DNA of 64,000 nucleotides from an uncultured Chloroflexia bacterium (GCA_963843015.1 CAWJIR010000003.1:3431-67430), one strand, 5' to 3'; positions 44,968 to 56,413 are shown, counted from the stretch's first letter. Program-made: numbers and translations. The notes: generated by a model not told the origin, from the letters alone.

Positions 44968-45978
44968 CTACCAGTTGGTGGCGGTGGTGGCGACGTGCTC
45001 GCCGATGGATTCGAGCCACCGCTCGGCGTCGATGGCCGCCTTGCAGCCGTCACCGGCCGCAGTCACCGCCTGGCGATACCGGTGGTCGTGGACGTCGCCG
45101 GCCACGAACACGCCCTCGATGTTGCTGCTCGTCTCGCCGGGGCCGCGCCCGGACACTTCGCAGTAACCACGCGCGTCGAGGTCGAGCTGACCGACGAACA
45201 GGTCCGTGTTCGGCTTGTAGCCGATGGCGATGAACAGGCCCTGGGCATCGAGCATCTCCTCGGAACCATCGGTCGTGTCACGCACGCGGAGCTGGTTGAC
45301 CGTCGTGTCGCCCATGACCTCGGCCACCTCCCGGTTCCACCGAACGTCGATCTTCGGGTGGTCGAAGGCGCGGTCCTGCATGATCTTCGAGCCGCGGAAC
45401 TCGTCGCGCCGGACGAGCATCGTCACCTTGTTCGCGAACTTGGTGAGGAACAGGGCCTCCTCGAGGGCCGTGTCGCCGCCGCCCACGACCGCCACGTCGC
45501 GGTCGCGGAAGAAGAATCCGTCGCACGTGGCGCAGGCGGAGACCCCGCGGCCGCGGAACTGCTCCTCGGAGTCGAGGCCCAGCCACAGCGCGCTGGCCCC
45601 GGTGGCCACGATCACCGCGTCGGCAAGGTAGGGCTCGTCGCGGACCCACAGCTTGAATGGCCGCTCGCTGAAATCGACCTTCGTGACGTCCTCCTCGAGG
45701 ATGGTGGCCCCGAAACGCTCCGCCTGGCGGCGGAAGAGGTCCATCAGCTCCGGACCCAGGATGCCGTCGGGGAATCCCGGATAGTTCTCGACGTCGGACG
45801 TGATCATCAGCTGCCCGAGCGGCGCATTGCCGGCGAAGACCAGCGGCGCCAGGTTCGCGCGGGCGGCATACAGCGCGGCCGTGAGGCCGGCCGGGCCCGA
45901 ACCGATGATGGCGAGCTTCGGATGGGAGGGGTCCACCGCCGGCGTCTGGCCGTTGGTGGGGGCGGTGGTGTTGGTCAT
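44968..45978 (-). CDS. trxB: thioredoxin-disulfide reductase
   Basis: GSGPAG, CATCDG, GGGDTA, YRQAVTAAG; intact ORF. Confidence 0.97.
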   Translation of the reverse strand: MTNTTAPTNGQTPAVDPSHPKLAIIGSGPAGLTAALYAARANLAPLVFAGNAPLGQLMITSDVENYPGFPDGILGPELMDLFRRQAERFGATILEEDVTKVDFSERPFKLWVRDEPYLADAVIVATGASALWLGLDSEEQFRGRGVSACATCDGFFFRDRDVAVVGGGDTALEEALFLTKFANKVTMLVRRDEFRGSKIMQDRAFDHPKIDVRWNREVAEVMGDTTVNQLRVRDTTDGSEEMLDAQGLFIAIGYKPNTDLFVGQLDLDARGYCEVSGRGPGETSSNIEGVFVAGDVHDHRYRQAVTAAGDGCKAAIDAERWLESIGEHVATTATNW

Positions 45979-46026
45979 GTCCTCGGGTCGCAGTCTAGTC
46001 CGCGTTCGGTCCGCGGAACCGGTGTC

Positions 46027-46055
46027 ATCGTATCAGTAGTTGCGCAAGTACGCAA
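46027..46055 (-). promoter_or_regulatory. trxB promoter
   Basis: TTGCGT-17 bp-TACGAT on the minus strand. Confidence 0.6.
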
Positions 46056-46121
46056 GTACTTCGGGCGTGGACGCGGCCGCCACACGGCCGGCATCGGTAC
46101 ACTCGACGACGACCATGACCG

Positions 46122-47357
46122 ATGCCGCTCGGCGCCCCTCCGCGCCGTCACACGCCCACCGTCGACGTCGGCGGCGTTCTCGTCGGCTCCGACCATCCCA
46201 TCGTCGTCCAGTCGATGACGAACACCGACACCGCCGATCCGGACGCGACCGCGATCCAGGTGGCCCAGCTGGCGCACGCCGGCTCTGAGCTGGTCCGGGT
46301 CACGGTCAACACCGATGCCGCGGCGCAGGCGGTGCCCGTCATCCGGGACAAGCTCGACCGGTTGGGCGTGGGCGTCCCGATCATCGGCGACTTCCACTAC
46401 AACGGGCATCTGCTCCTGACGAAGTACCCCGACTGCGCGGCCGCGCTGGCGAAGTACCGAATCAACCCGGGAAACGTCGGCACCAAGCGCCGCGACGAGC
46501 AGTTCCGCCAGATCGTCGAGGTCGCCATCGCCAACGGGAAGCCGGTCCGCATCGGCGTGAACTGGGGCTCCCTCGACCAGCAGCTGCTGACCGAGCTCAT
46601 GGACGCCAACGCCGCGAGCGCCGAGCCCCGCGACAGCCGCGACGTGATGATCGAGGCCATGCTCGAGTCGGCCCTCCGCTCGGCAGCCCTCGCCGAGGAG
46701 ACCGGGTTGGGCCATGACCGGATCATCATCAGCGCCAAGGTCAGCGGCGTCCGGGACCTGGTCGAGATCTATCGGCTCCTGGCGGCTCGCTGCGACTACC
46801 CATTGCACCTCGGCCTGACCGAGGCGGGGATGGGGGCGAAGGGGATCATCGGCTCGACCGCAGGCCTCGCCATCCTGCTGGATGAGGGCATCGGCGACAC
46901 GATCCGGGTCAGCCTGACCCCCGAGCCGGGCGGCGACCGGACCGAGGAGGTCCAGGTTGCCCAGCAGGTGCTCCAGTCGCTCGGCCTGCGCTCATTCGTC
47001 CCCCAGGTGTCGGCGTGTCCGGGATGCGGGCGGACGACCTCGACCTTCTTCCAGGAGATGGCCCGGGACATCCAGGCCCATCTCCGCGACCAGATGCCGG
47101 CCTGGAAGGCGGCGCATCCCGGCGTCGAAGAGCTGCGGGTGGCGGTCATGGGCTGCGTGGTGAACGGTCCCGGCGAGAGCCGGCACGCCGACATCGGGAT
47201 CAGCCTGCCTGGCACGTTCGAGGAACCGGTGGCCCCGGTCTACGTCGACGGCGCCCTCAAGACGACCCTTCGCGGGGACGACATCGTCCCCCGCTTTCTC
47301 CTGATCCTCGACGAGTACGTCGCCGCGCGCTACCCCGGGGTGCCTGCGTCGGCCTAG
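46122..47357 (+). CDS. ispG: (E)-4-hydroxy-3-methylbut-2-enyl-diphosphate synthase
   Basis: [54 protein letters not shown]. Confidence 0.97.
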   Translation: MPLGAPPRRHTPTVDVGGVLVGSDHPIVVQSMTNTDTADPDATAIQVAQLAHAGSELVRVTVNTDAAAQAVPVIRDKLDRLGVGVPIIGDFHYNGHLLLTKYPDCAAALAKYRINPGNVGTKRRDEQFRQIVEVAIANGKPVRIGVNWGSLDQQLLTELMDANAASAEPRDSRDVMIEAMLESALRSAALAEETGLGHDRIIISAKVSGVRDLVEIYRLLAARCDYPLHLGLTEAGMGAKGIIGSTAGLAILLDEGIGDTIRVSLTPEPGGDRTEEVQVAQQVLQSLGLRSFVPQVSACPGCGRTTSTFFQEMARDIQAHLRDQMPAWKAAHPGVEELRVAVMGCVVNGPGESRHADIGISLPGTFEEPVAPVYVDGALKTTLRGDDIVPRFLLILDEYVAARYPGVPASA

Positions 47358-47842
47358 TTGCAGATCCCCAGCTGTGCGGGCTTGCTGAGGCTGGTGCCGG
47401 CCGCCACCGCCGAACCCTGCGATGAGTCGCCGATGACCGGGCGCGCCTCCCCCTCCTCGGTCACTTCCATGGTCGCGATCATGTTCGTCTCGCCGTCAGC
47501 CGGAACGCCATTCTCCAGCTCGTCGGAGATGATGATCGGGACGTCGTCGACCAGCAGCTCGAATGGGACGACGACCGCGTAGTGGACGATGATCGCGTGG
47601 CAGGACTCCGCCGTCTCCTCGTCGGGGCTGCTCGCCAGTGGGGCGCCACCCGAGTAGGACAGGGTGTGCTCCGCCGAATCGCGGTTCACGAGGAGGACGT
47701 ACAGCACGTAGTCGGTGCTGCCGCCGCCTCCCCCGCCTCCGCCCCCGCTCGTGCAGCCGGCCATGAGCAGCAGCAGGGCCGCGGCTCCGGCCATGGGTCG
47801 GAGAAACCGGCGCGGGCCGCGCCGGGCGACGGGTGGGCGCAT
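47354..47842 (-). CDS. hypothetical lipoprotein
   Basis: Lipobox LMAGC followed by a Gly linker; GAAGGAG RBS. Confidence 0.7.
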   Translation of the reverse strand: MRPPVARRGPRRFLRPMAGAAALLLLMAGCTSGGGGGGGGGSTDYVLYVLLVNRDSAEHTLSYSGGAPLASSPDEETAESCHAIIVHYAVVVPFELLVDDVPIIISDELENGVPADGETNMIATMEVTEEGEARPVIGDSSQGSAVAAGTSLSKPAQLGICN

Positions 47843-47918
47843 CAAGGTCTCCTCTCCTTCGAGCCGTCGGTGACGGCTGTCGCGCATCGTACCGAGTCGA
47901 GCGAACGGTGGCGAGGGC

Positions 47919-48128
47919 TTACAGGCCGCTGCCTCCGGTCGTGGTCATCAGTGTCCAGAGCCCCAGCGCGAGGAACACGACGATGAGCAGGCCGAGGGCG
48001 ATCGGAAACAGCCCGGTCGTGATGTTCTGGCGCCCGCGGGAAGCCGGGCGATCCTCGGGGGCCGCGATGGTGGCCGGCACCGCGGCCGCCTGATCGGTGG
48101 TGGCCGGTAGGTTGGGATCCTGCGTCAC
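47919..48128 (-). CDS. small single-TM hypothetical protein
   Basis: GTG overlaps the upstream stop; hydrophobic LFPIALGLLIVVFLALGLW. Confidence 0.55.
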   Translation of the reverse strand: MTQDPNLPATTDQAAAVPATIAAPEDRPASRGRQNITTGLFPIALGLLIVVFLALGLWTLMTTTGGSGL

Positions 48129-48709
48129 TCGTTCTCCTCCGCGCTGCCCGAGCCGAGCAGTCGGTCCAACTCCGCCGCGAGCTCGGCCTCGGTATACGGT
48201 CCGATCTGCCGGCTGGCGACCCTTCCATCGGGGCCGATCAGCCAGCTCTCTGGCGGCCCGAACACGCCGAAGGCTCGTGCGACCGTCTCCCCCGGGTCCA
48301 TGGCCAGGGGCCACGTGGCGTCGAACTGCTCGGCGAATGCGCGTGCCGCCTCCGAGCGGTCACGGTACACGATCCCGACCACCGCGAACCCGTCATCGGC
48401 ATGCTCGCGGAGGGCAGCGCCGAGCAGCGGGAACTCGTCGACACACGGCAGGCAGAAGGACGCCCAGAAGTTCACCAGCACCGTCTGACCGCGGTAGTCG
48501 CTGAGCCGCACCTCGCGACCATCGAGGTCGGCCAGCGCGAAGTCGGGTGCCCGGTCTCCCACCCGCAGGGCTGGCGTCAGGAGCCCGGCGCCACCGGCCC
48601 AGATGAGGAGGAGCGCGCCGGCCAGGAGGAGCGGCACGGCAGCGGCGACGAGCAGCCACCACCGTGGCAACCGGGACAGATCGAGCTGGCGGATGGAACT
48701 GGGCCTCAG
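48125..48709 (-). CDS. TlpA/ResA-like thiol-disulfide oxidoreductase (start approximate)
   Basis: APDFALADLDG, VNFWASFCLPC, GPPESWLIGPDG. Confidence 0.9.
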   Translation of the reverse strand: MRPSSIRQLDLSRLPRWWLLVAAAVPLLLAGALLLIWAGGAGLLTPALRVGDRAPDFALADLDGREVRLSDYRGQTVLVNFWASFCLPCVDEFPLLGAALREHADDGFAVVGIVYRDRSEAARAFAEQFDATWPLAMDPGETVARAFGVFGPPESWLIGPDGRVASRQIGPYTEAELAAELDRLLGSGSAEENE

Positions 48710-49050
48710 TGGTGGGCCGCGCCCTCGTCGTGTGACCCGTGCTCGGTCTCCCGCCACTCCCGGCTGGCCACCCGAATCGAGACTACCGCCGCCACGACGA
48801 TCAGGATGAGGCCCGGCAGGGCGAACCACCAGTTCATGACCTGGTCCTCGGGCTTGAACGCGAAGCCCGCCCCGAGCAGGCCAGCGGCGCCCGCCCAGGC
48901 CACCGGGAGCCAGCTGCCGGGCGGGACGTGAACGCCCGGCGGCGGGTGGAGCGGTCCGCGCGCCCGGCCTCGTGCGGCCCCGGCGACGACAGCGGCAGCC
49001 GCCACCACCCCCAGGCCGATGAGCAGGTAGCCGATGAGCTGGTCCGGCAT
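48706..49050 (-). CDS. small membrane subunit, cytochrome c oxidase subunit 4-like
   Basis: Directly after subunit III; VHVPPGSWLP motif; three hydrophobic segments. Confidence 0.55.
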   Translation of the reverse strand: MPDQLIGYLLIGLGVVAAAAVVAGAARGRARGPLHPPPGVHVPPGSWLPVAWAGAAGLLGAGFAFKPEDQVMNWWFALPGLILIVVAAVVSIRVASREWRETEHGSHDEGAAHH

Positions 49051-49064
49051 CGGTCAGCGGCCCA

Positions 49065-49649
49065 TCAGCGCAGGATGTAGAGGGTCGTGAACAGGGCGAC
49101 CCACACCAGGTCCACGAAATGCCAGTAGTAGCTCACCGCTTCGACCGCCACGTGGTTCCGCGCCGAGAACTGGCCGGCACCGGCGCGGGCGGTGAGGATC
49201 GCCAGCCCCACGACGCCGCCGAACACGTGCGCACCGTGGAACCCGGTGAGGGTGTAGAACTCGGTCCCGAACACCCCGTCGGAAATGCCGAAGCCCAGCT
49301 GGGTGTAGTCGTAGACCTGGCCGGCCAGGAAGACGAGACCCAGGAGGAGCGTCACCACCAGCCACAGGCGAAGGCGGTTCACGCTGCCATGGGCAATGGC
49401 ACGGACCCCGAAGTGCATGGTCACGCTCGAGGTCAGAAGGATGATCGTGATCGGGAGCGCGATGGGCAGGACTTCCAGCTCCGGGGCGCCGGGTGGGGGT
49501 CCCCACTCGCCGGCGAACGAGGCGCGGGCGTTGAAGTAGGTCGCGAACAGGCCGCCGAAGAACATCACCTCCGAGGAGATGAACAGGAGCATCCCGACCA
49601 GCGGGATCGGGAAGCCGCCCTGGCGGCGGGCCGGGGCTTCGGCGCTCAT
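49065..49649 (-). CDS. ctaE: cytochrome c oxidase subunit III
   Basis: LFISSEVMFFGGLF, FYTLTGFHGAHV, YYWHFVDLVW. Confidence 0.95.
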   Translation of the reverse strand: MSAEAPARRQGGFPIPLVGMLLFISSEVMFFGGLFATYFNARASFAGEWGPPPGAPELEVLPIALPITIILLTSSVTMHFGVRAIAHGSVNRLRLWLVVTLLLGLVFLAGQVYDYTQLGFGISDGVFGTEFYTLTGFHGAHVFGGVVGLAILTARAGAGQFSARNHVAVEAVSYYWHFVDLVWVALFTTLYILR

Positions 49650-51316
49650 CGGTCCTCTCCGTCACCGGGTGCGGTGTGGGCCAACTCGGGGTGGAACATC
49701 GGATCGTCGCGGTGGCGGAGGTCGAAGACCGGCCGCTCGCTGCGGATCGGTGGCAGGCTGTCGAAGTTGTAGGTCGGCGGTGGCGAGGTCGTCGCCCATT
49801 CGAGGGTGTTCCCCTCCCACGGGTCGTCACCAGCCTTCTCACCGTTCATCAGCGAGGTCACCACGTTCACGACGAAGGGGACCATCGACGCGGCAATGAG
49901 GAAGGCGCCCAGGGTGGAGATGAGGTTCATCTCGGTCCAGCCGGCGTCGGCCGCGTAGTCCGCAATCCGGCGTGGCATGCCCTGGATGCCGAGCATGTGC
50001 TGAACGAAGAACGTCGCGTTGAAGCCGACGAACAGCATCGCGAAGTGGACCTTGCCCAGGGTCTCGTTCAGGAGCCGCCCGGACATCTTCGGGAACCAGT
50101 AGTACGTCGCGGCGAACACGCCCATCGCCGCCCCGCCGAAGAACACGTAATGGAGGTGGGCGACCACGAAGTACGTGTCCTGCAGGTGGAAATCGACCGG
50201 CGCCGCGGCCAGCATCACGCCACTGATGCCACCGATCAGGAACATGCTGACGATGCCGAGGCCGAACAGCATGGCGGTCGTGAACACCAGCGAGCCTCGC
50301 CACACGGTCGCGAGCCAGTTGAACATCTTCACCCCGGTCGGGATCGCGATCAGGGCCGTCATGAAGGTGAAGAAGGGCAGGAACACGACGCCGGTCGTGA
50401 ACATGTGATGGGCCCACACGCTGAACGAGAGCAGACCGATGCCGATGGTGGCCCACACGAATGCGCGATACCCGAAGAGCGGCTTGCGGCTGAACGTGGG
50501 CAGGACCTCGCTCACGACTCCCAGCGCGGGCAGGATGACGATGTAGACCTCGGGATGGCCGAAGAACCAGAACAGGTGCTGCCACAGCACCGGGTCACCG
50601 CCGACCGCGGGGTCGAAGAACGATCCACCGTAGTTGCGGTCGATGAACAGCGCGATCAGGGCGGCGGTGATGACCGGCGTCGCGAGCAGGATGAGGGCCT
50701 GGGTCACGAGCACGGTCCAGACGAAGATCGGCATCCGGTAGAGCGTCATGCCCGGGGCCCGCATCTTGAAGATCGTCGTCAGGAAGTTCACCGAGCCGAG
50801 GATCGACGCGGTCCCGACCACGGCCAGTCCCATGATCCACAGGTCCGTCCCATCCCCCGGCTCGAAGCGCGCCTGGGTCAAGGGGTTGTACCCGGTCCAT
50901 CCGCCAGCCGCGGCCCCACCGACGAGGTAGCCCGACACGATCAGGAGACCCCCCAGCGGCAGCATCCAGAACGACAGCGCATTGATCCGCGGGAACGCCA
51001 TGTCCGGCGCGCCGATCATGAGCGGGACGACGTAGTTCGCGAAGCCGGAGAAGATCGGCACGATGAACAGGAAGATCATCAGCGTCCCGTGCATCGTGAA
51101 CGCCTGGTTGAAGGTGCTCTCGTCCACGAACTGGAGGCCGGGCACCGCCAGCTCGCTGCGGATCACCAGGGCCAGCGTGCCGGCGAAGAAGAAGAACAGG
51201 AACGCGTTGGCGATGTAGAGGACGCCGATCTTCTTGTGGTCGACCGTGGTCAGCCAGTCAAGGACCCACGAGCGCTCGTAGGCCTTGTCGCCGGGGGCCA
51301 GGGTCGTGGTCGCCAT
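49646..51316 (-). CDS. ctaD: cytochrome c oxidase subunit I (type A1)
   Basis: TVDHKKIG, FTMHGT, WFFGHPEVY, VWAHHM, VVAHLHY, GMPRR. Confidence 0.97.
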   Translation of the reverse strand: MATTTLAPGDKAYERSWVLDWLTTVDHKKIGVLYIANAFLFFFFAGTLALVIRSELAVPGLQFVDESTFNQAFTMHGTLMIFLFIVPIFSGFANYVVPLMIGAPDMAFPRINALSFWMLPLGGLLIVSGYLVGGAAAGGWTGYNPLTQARFEPGDGTDLWIMGLAVVGTASILGSVNFLTTIFKMRAPGMTLYRMPIFVWTVLVTQALILLATPVITAALIALFIDRNYGGSFFDPAVGGDPVLWQHLFWFFGHPEVYIVILPALGVVSEVLPTFSRKPLFGYRAFVWATIGIGLLSFSVWAHHMFTTGVVFLPFFTFMTALIAIPTGVKMFNWLATVWRGSLVFTTAMLFGLGIVSMFLIGGISGVMLAAAPVDFHLQDTYFVVAHLHYVFFGGAAMGVFAATYYWFPKMSGRLLNETLGKVHFAMLFVGFNATFFVQHMLGIQGMPRRIADYAADAGWTEMNLISTLGAFLIAASMVPFVVNVVTSLMNGEKAGDDPWEGNTLEWATTSPPPTYNFDSLPPIRSERPVFDLRHRDDPMFHPELAHTAPGDGEDR

Positions 51317-51333
51317 CGGTCCTTCGTGCTCTC

Positions 51334-52388
51334 CTAGCGTGCCGTCAGGGTACCGGTCATTTCGGCGATGGGGTGGAAGTCGCAGATGAACGTGTACTCG
51401 CCCGGGTCGAGGGCAGGAATGAGGTAGTCAATCGTCGCATCCGGGCCAGTGACCTCGCCGCCCTCGAAGAGCGTCTCCTGACCCGTCATACACCGAAACG
51501 TTGTGGACGATCGCATCGAGGTTCGTGAAGCGGATGACGAACGGCTCGCCGGCCGGGACCTCGATCTCGTGGGTATCGAACGCGATGTCCTCGGCCGAGA
51601 GCTCGACGACGTGGACATCGGGCGGGATCGACGGCTCGGGCGGGGTTGGCGTCGCCTCCGCGGCGGTCTCGAGCCAGGAGGCAAAGTCGGCCGCCGGGCG
51701 GGCGTCCACCGTGAACGTCATGTCGGCGTGGAGGTCGCCGCAGAATTCGGCGCACTGGCCACGATAGATCCCCGGATCCTTCACCGTGAACTCGAGCTCG
51801 TTGGGCGCCTGGCCCTGGCCAAAGGGGATGACGTCCTTCTTCACCAGGAACGCAGGCACGAAGAACGAGTGGATGACGTCGTCGCTGCGGAGGACGAGCC
51901 GCACCGGCTCCCCGGCGGGCACCACCATCGCCGGCGGCTCCGGCGGATTCCCGTGGACGGTCACACCGTTGGCATAGTGGAACGACCAGGCGAACTGCTG
52001 GCCCTCGACCTCGATGACGACCGGGTTGTCACTCCGAGCGCTGATGTTGCCCGAGCGTGAACATGCTGGTCACGAACAGGATGAGCACGATGACGGTCGG
52101 GATGACGGTCCAGACGATCTCGACCTTCGTGTTGCCGTGGTGCTGGACTGGCAGCCGGTCGTCCCGCCGGCGGTAGCGGAAGACGGCATAGAGGAGGAAG
52201 CCCTCGACGCCGACGAAGACCACGGCACCGAGGAAGAAGATGACGAGGAACAGGGTCCGGACCTCGTCGGCCTCGGTCGTCGCCGGTTCAGGTGGGAACA
52301 GGCAGCCCGCGAGAAGGAGGGCCGGCAGGCCGATGGCCAGGAGACGGACCACGAAGGTCCGCCAGCGGTGTGGGGCCCGTGCTCGCAT
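51334..52388 (-). CDS. ctaC: cytochrome c oxidase subunit II with C-terminal cupredoxin domain (frameshifted)
   Basis: Lipobox LLAGC, EIVWTVIP, DVIHSF, CAEFCGDLHADM (CuA); extra VHNV...CDFHPIAEM domain. Confidence 0.9.
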
Positions 52389-52519
52389 CAGTCCGACGAG
52401 TCGCTCCTGTATGGGAGGCGCTTCGGGCTGAGGCCGGGACGCGCCCCGATCAGGCCGCTCGACCGCGGCACGGCGGGCATTGTACCCGTCGCGTCGGACG
52501 GGGAATCAGGCGGCGGGCG

Positions 52520-53428
52520 TCAGCCCTCGGCGGCGCCGCAGTCCAACGGCTCGTCGGGGAGCAGCGGGCGCGGGGTCACGCGGTAGACGTGCCCGTCGTG
52601 CGACCAGCTGGTCAGCTGGTTCGCTCCCTCCAATGCCGCATACCAGGCCACGGCCTCGTCGCCACTCACCACGCCGCAGCGGAAATCCTGGACCGTGCTC
52701 GGCGTCCCGAGCTCGTCGGGCGCCGTCGTGCCGGGCCACGGCAGCGGTTCGCCGTCGAGCCCGTCGGGGTCAGGCGGCTGGCCGTCGATGTTCGCGACCA
52801 GCAGGCGGAGCGCCTCGGGCTGGTAGGTCTGCCAGGCGGGCTCGGCCCAATCGTCGGCCGGAATCCAGGACTCGAGGTCCATGAGGTTCGCCTCGAGGGA
52901 GGCGAGCGTCTCGTGCGCCTGCCGCTCGGCCTCGGGGACGGTGATCTGGCCGCCGACCGCATCGGTCAGGAGGCCCAGGGCGTAGACATCGACCACCACC
53001 TCGCGATCCGCGGCCCGCACCGTGAACACCGTGGAGTTGGCATCGGCGATGAACTGGGTCGCGGCGTTCCACGAGTGGCTCTCGTCGAGCTGCCCGGTCT
53101 CGGCGATGCGATACAGGACCGATTGGATGCCCTCCTCGGTCAACCGACGGACCTGGAGGTTGGGAAGCGCAGGACCGGGATAGATCTCGATCTGGGGCCC
53201 CTCGACGATGACACGGCCGTCGCCGAGCAGGGTGAAGCGGGGCAGGCTGGTGAACAGGTGCTCATAGGGCACGAAGCCACCGGTCCACTCGATGCGGACG
53301 ACGACCGCCGAGCCGTCAGGGTGGGGCACCGGGCCGCCGGCGCCGGGCGTGGGGCTGAGGAGCCCGCAGCCGGCCGTGAGGGCCATGAGCGGAGCAGCGA
53401 CGAGCAGGCGGCGGCGGACAGCTGTCAT
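52520..53428 (-). CDS. hypothetical lipoprotein
   Basis: Lipobox LTAGC; GGFVP...PRFTLLGDGRVI; C-terminal RPLLPDE. Confidence 0.7.
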   Translation of the reverse strand: MTAVRRRLLVAAPLMALTAGCGLLSPTPGAGGPVPHPDGSAVVVRIEWTGGFVPYEHLFTSLPRFTLLGDGRVIVEGPQIEIYPGPALPNLQVRRLTEEGIQSVLYRIAETGQLDESHSWNAATQFIADANSTVFTVRAADREVVVDVYALGLLTDAVGGQITVPEAERQAHETLASLEANLMDLESWIPADDWAEPAWQTYQPEALRLLVANIDGQPPDPDGLDGEPLPWPGTTAPDELGTPSTVQDFRCGVVSGDEAVAWYAALEGANQLTSWSHDGHVYRVTPRPLLPDEPLDCGAAEG

Positions 53429-53509
53429 GCCTGCCAGACGCCGGTCAGGCCTCGGCCGAGTGACCGGTTGCGCCGACCCACGGCGTCCGGCATGAACCAG
53501 AATGCGGCG

Positions 53510-54508
53510 ATGAGCAGATGGCGGCCGAGCCCGATCCGCCGGCTTGCGGCTGCTGGGACCGGAGCCACGGCGATGCTGCTCCTGGTCGGCGGCCTCGTCC
53601 CGGGGACGGCGTCGGCTCACGGCCCGGTTCCGCCGGCGCCGACCTGGCCGGGAATCCTCGCCGCCTGGACCTTCGACCCGCTCCCGGCGCTCGGGGTCCT
53701 CGCTGCTGCCGTCGGGTACTGGTGGCTCGTGCGGCGCGTTGCCCAACGACATCCGCGCAATCCCGTACCGCCCCTCCGTCATTGGGCCTGGGCCGGCGGA
53801 TTGCTGGCCATCGTGGCCGCCCTGCTGTCCCCGATCGAGACCTACTCCGGGGCGCTGCTGACGGTCCACATGGTGCAGCACCTCCTCCTCCAGTTCGTCG
53901 CCGCCCCGCTCCTGCTGCTGGCCGCCCCGGTCACGCTCGTCCTGCGCGCCGTCGACCAGGACACCCGGCGCCGGCTTCTCGTCATCCTTCACAGCCGGGT
54001 GGTCAAGGCGCTCACGTTCCCGGTCCTCGCCTGGTTCCTGTTCGCGGCCGCGAACTGGGGATGGCACTTCTCCGAGCTGTACGACTACGCCCTGGAGGTG
54101 GACTGGGTGCACTACCTCCAGCATCTCACCCTGTTCGGGGTCGCCCTCCTGTTCTGGTTCCCGGTCGTCGGCGCCGACCCGGGCCCGTGGCGGCTCCCCT
54201 ACCCGGTCCGACTCTTCTACCTCTTCCTGGCCATGCCCCAGAACTCGTTCCTGGGCGTGGCGATCATGAACGCGGCGGACGTCCTGTACCCCCACTACGC
54301 GACCCTGGCCCGCGACTGGGGGCCCGATCCGCTGGTGGACCAGCAGGCGGCCGGGACGCTGATGTGGGTCTGGGGCGACCTGACATTCCTGCTGGCCATG
54401 CTCCTGGTGATCGTGGCCTGGGTCCGCCAGGAGGAACGACGGACGGCCCGCGACGAAGCGCGGCAGGACGCCGAGGCCGCCCGGCGCGCGCCACTCGGTT
54501 CGGGCTGA
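53510..54508 (+). CDS. ctaG: cytochrome c oxidase assembly protein (caa3 CtaG family)
   Basis: VHMVQHLLL...[21 protein letters not shown]. Confidence 0.9.
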   Translation: MSRWRPSPIRRLAAAGTGATAMLLLVGGLVPGTASAHGPVPPAPTWPGILAAWTFDPLPALGVLAAAVGYWWLVRRVAQRHPRNPVPPLRHWAWAGGLLAIVAALLSPIETYSGALLTVHMVQHLLLQFVAAPLLLLAAPVTLVLRAVDQDTRRRLLVILHSRVVKALTFPVLAWFLFAAANWGWHFSELYDYALEVDWVHYLQHLTLFGVALLFWFPVVGADPGPWRLPYPVRLFYLFLAMPQNSFLGVAIMNAADVLYPHYATLARDWGPDPLVDQQAAGTLMWVWGDLTFLLAMLLVIVAWVRQEERRTARDEARQDAEAARRAPLGSG

Positions 54509-54512
54509 TCGG

Positions 54513-56315
54513 TCAGCCAGTGGCCGCGCGGACCAGGGTGTCGGCGGCCACCGCGACGAACAGCAGGGTCAGGTAGAGCGTCGAGTAGCGGAACAGTCCG
54601 ATCGCCGCCGGGCCGGCGGTTGGCGATCGACGGACGCGCAGGGCCCACACCACGAAGCCGATGCCCAGTGCGGCGGCGGCGACGAGGTACACGACGCCCA
54701 TCCCGGCCGCCGGCAGGAGGACGAGGCTGACGGCCACCAGGACGAGCGAGTACAGGAGGATCTGGCGCGCCGTCTCGACCTCGCCGCTGACGACGGGCAG
54801 CATCGGCACCCCGGCCGCCTCGTAGTCGGACCGATAGCGCAGGGCGAGGGCCCAGAAGTGGGGCGGAGTCCAGACGAAGATGACCGCGAACAGGACGATG
54901 CGCCGGGAGCCCGACCGTGTCGGTCACCGCAGCCCACGCCACGAGGACCGGAACGCAGCCGGCCGCTCCACCGATGACGATGTTCTGCGGCGTGGACCGC
55001 TTGAGGACCGCGGTGTAGACGACGGCATAGAAGACGATGGCGCTCGCGGCCAGGACGGCGCTCAGCAGGTTCACGGTGACCGCCAGCCACGCGAACGACA
55101 GGACGCTGAGGACGAGCCCGAAGGCCAGGGCCGCGCCCGGCGCGACGGCGTGCCGCGGGAGAGGGCGATTGCGGGTGCGGCGCATCCGCTCGTCGATGTC
55201 ACGGTCGAGGTACTGGTTGATGGCGTTCGCGCCGCCGGCGGCCAGCGAACCGCCGACGAGCACGGCTCCCACCAGCGGCAGCGATGGGATCCCGCCCTCG
55301 GCCAACACCATGGTCGGGACGGTGGTGACCAGCAGGAGCTCGATGATCCGGGGCTTGGTCAGGGCCACGTACGCGCGCAGGACGTCGCCCCGGGCGTTCG
55401 GCGACGGTCCCGTCTCGGCCACGGTCGACACCGCCAGCGCGACCGAGGTAGTGCGCGGACATGGCCAGCACGCTGAGCACCCCGAAGACCCCGGCACCGA
55501 GGGCGACATGGGCGACCTGCGTCCAGGGCGCGAGGTCGGTGAGGACCTGGGCGCCGCCCACCACGACCTGGATGAGGTAGAGCACGCCGGCCGCGGTGGC
55601 GATGGCGGGCAGCGGCGCGGGCTCCCGCCCGCGGCGGGCCGCGACGACCAACCCGGCGACCAGGATCCCGACCGCGACCGTCGCCCATCGGTGCAGGACG
55701 TGGGGAAGGACGCCGGGATCGAGAACCGGGAAGAGGCCGCCGTCCATGAACGGCCAGTCCTCGAAGACCAGCGCCGTCCCGGTGGCGGTGACATGGGCGC
55801 CGAGCAGCATGAGCCCGTAGGTGGCGAGTGCCGCCAGGGCGGCCAGGATCGTGAAGCCGCTCCATCCGCCGGTCCGGTCGAGCTGGCGCGGGTACCGGCT
55901 GCGAACCCAGACGAAGAGCAGGATCGCGAACAGGCCCATGGCCGTGGCCAGGTGGGCGGTGACGATCTCGCCCGACAGCTCGCTCTCGACCGTCACCTTG
56001 CCGAGCCAGGCCTGGAAGACGACGAGGCCGGCCGCCGCGACACTGCCGACGACGATCGCCGGACGGTCACGCTGAGCGAGCACGCGCAACCACGGCCAGG
56101 GCAGCCACCACGGCCCCGGTCAGCGCGGCCACCGTCCGATGGCTCCATTCGATGATGGCGTGCGGGTCGTCGAGGGGCGGGATCCACGAGCCGTGGCAGG
56201 TCGGCCATTCGGGGCAGCCGAGCCCGGAGTCGGTGGCGCGGACAATGGCCCCGACCACGACCAGGAGGTAGGTCATGACCACGGCCAGGGCGGCGAGGGT
56301 CGTGAATCTCGACAT
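54513..56315 (-). CDS. heme A synthase (CtaA) plus heme O synthase (CtaB), probably fused (frameshifted)
   Basis: [23 protein letters not shown]; then [47 protein letters not shown]. Confidence 0.85.
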
Positions 56316-56386
56316 GACTCTGCGTAGCGGTCGACGCTCGACGGGCAGGTGGCGCCGATGCCGGGCCATGATAGTCGCGCTCGGCG

Positions 56387-56413
56387 GCCGGCTCCGCCGG
56401 CTCCGCCGGCTCA
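56387..56413. repeat. 9-bp tandem repeat x3
   Basis: gccggctcc gccggctcc gccggctca. Confidence 0.7.
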
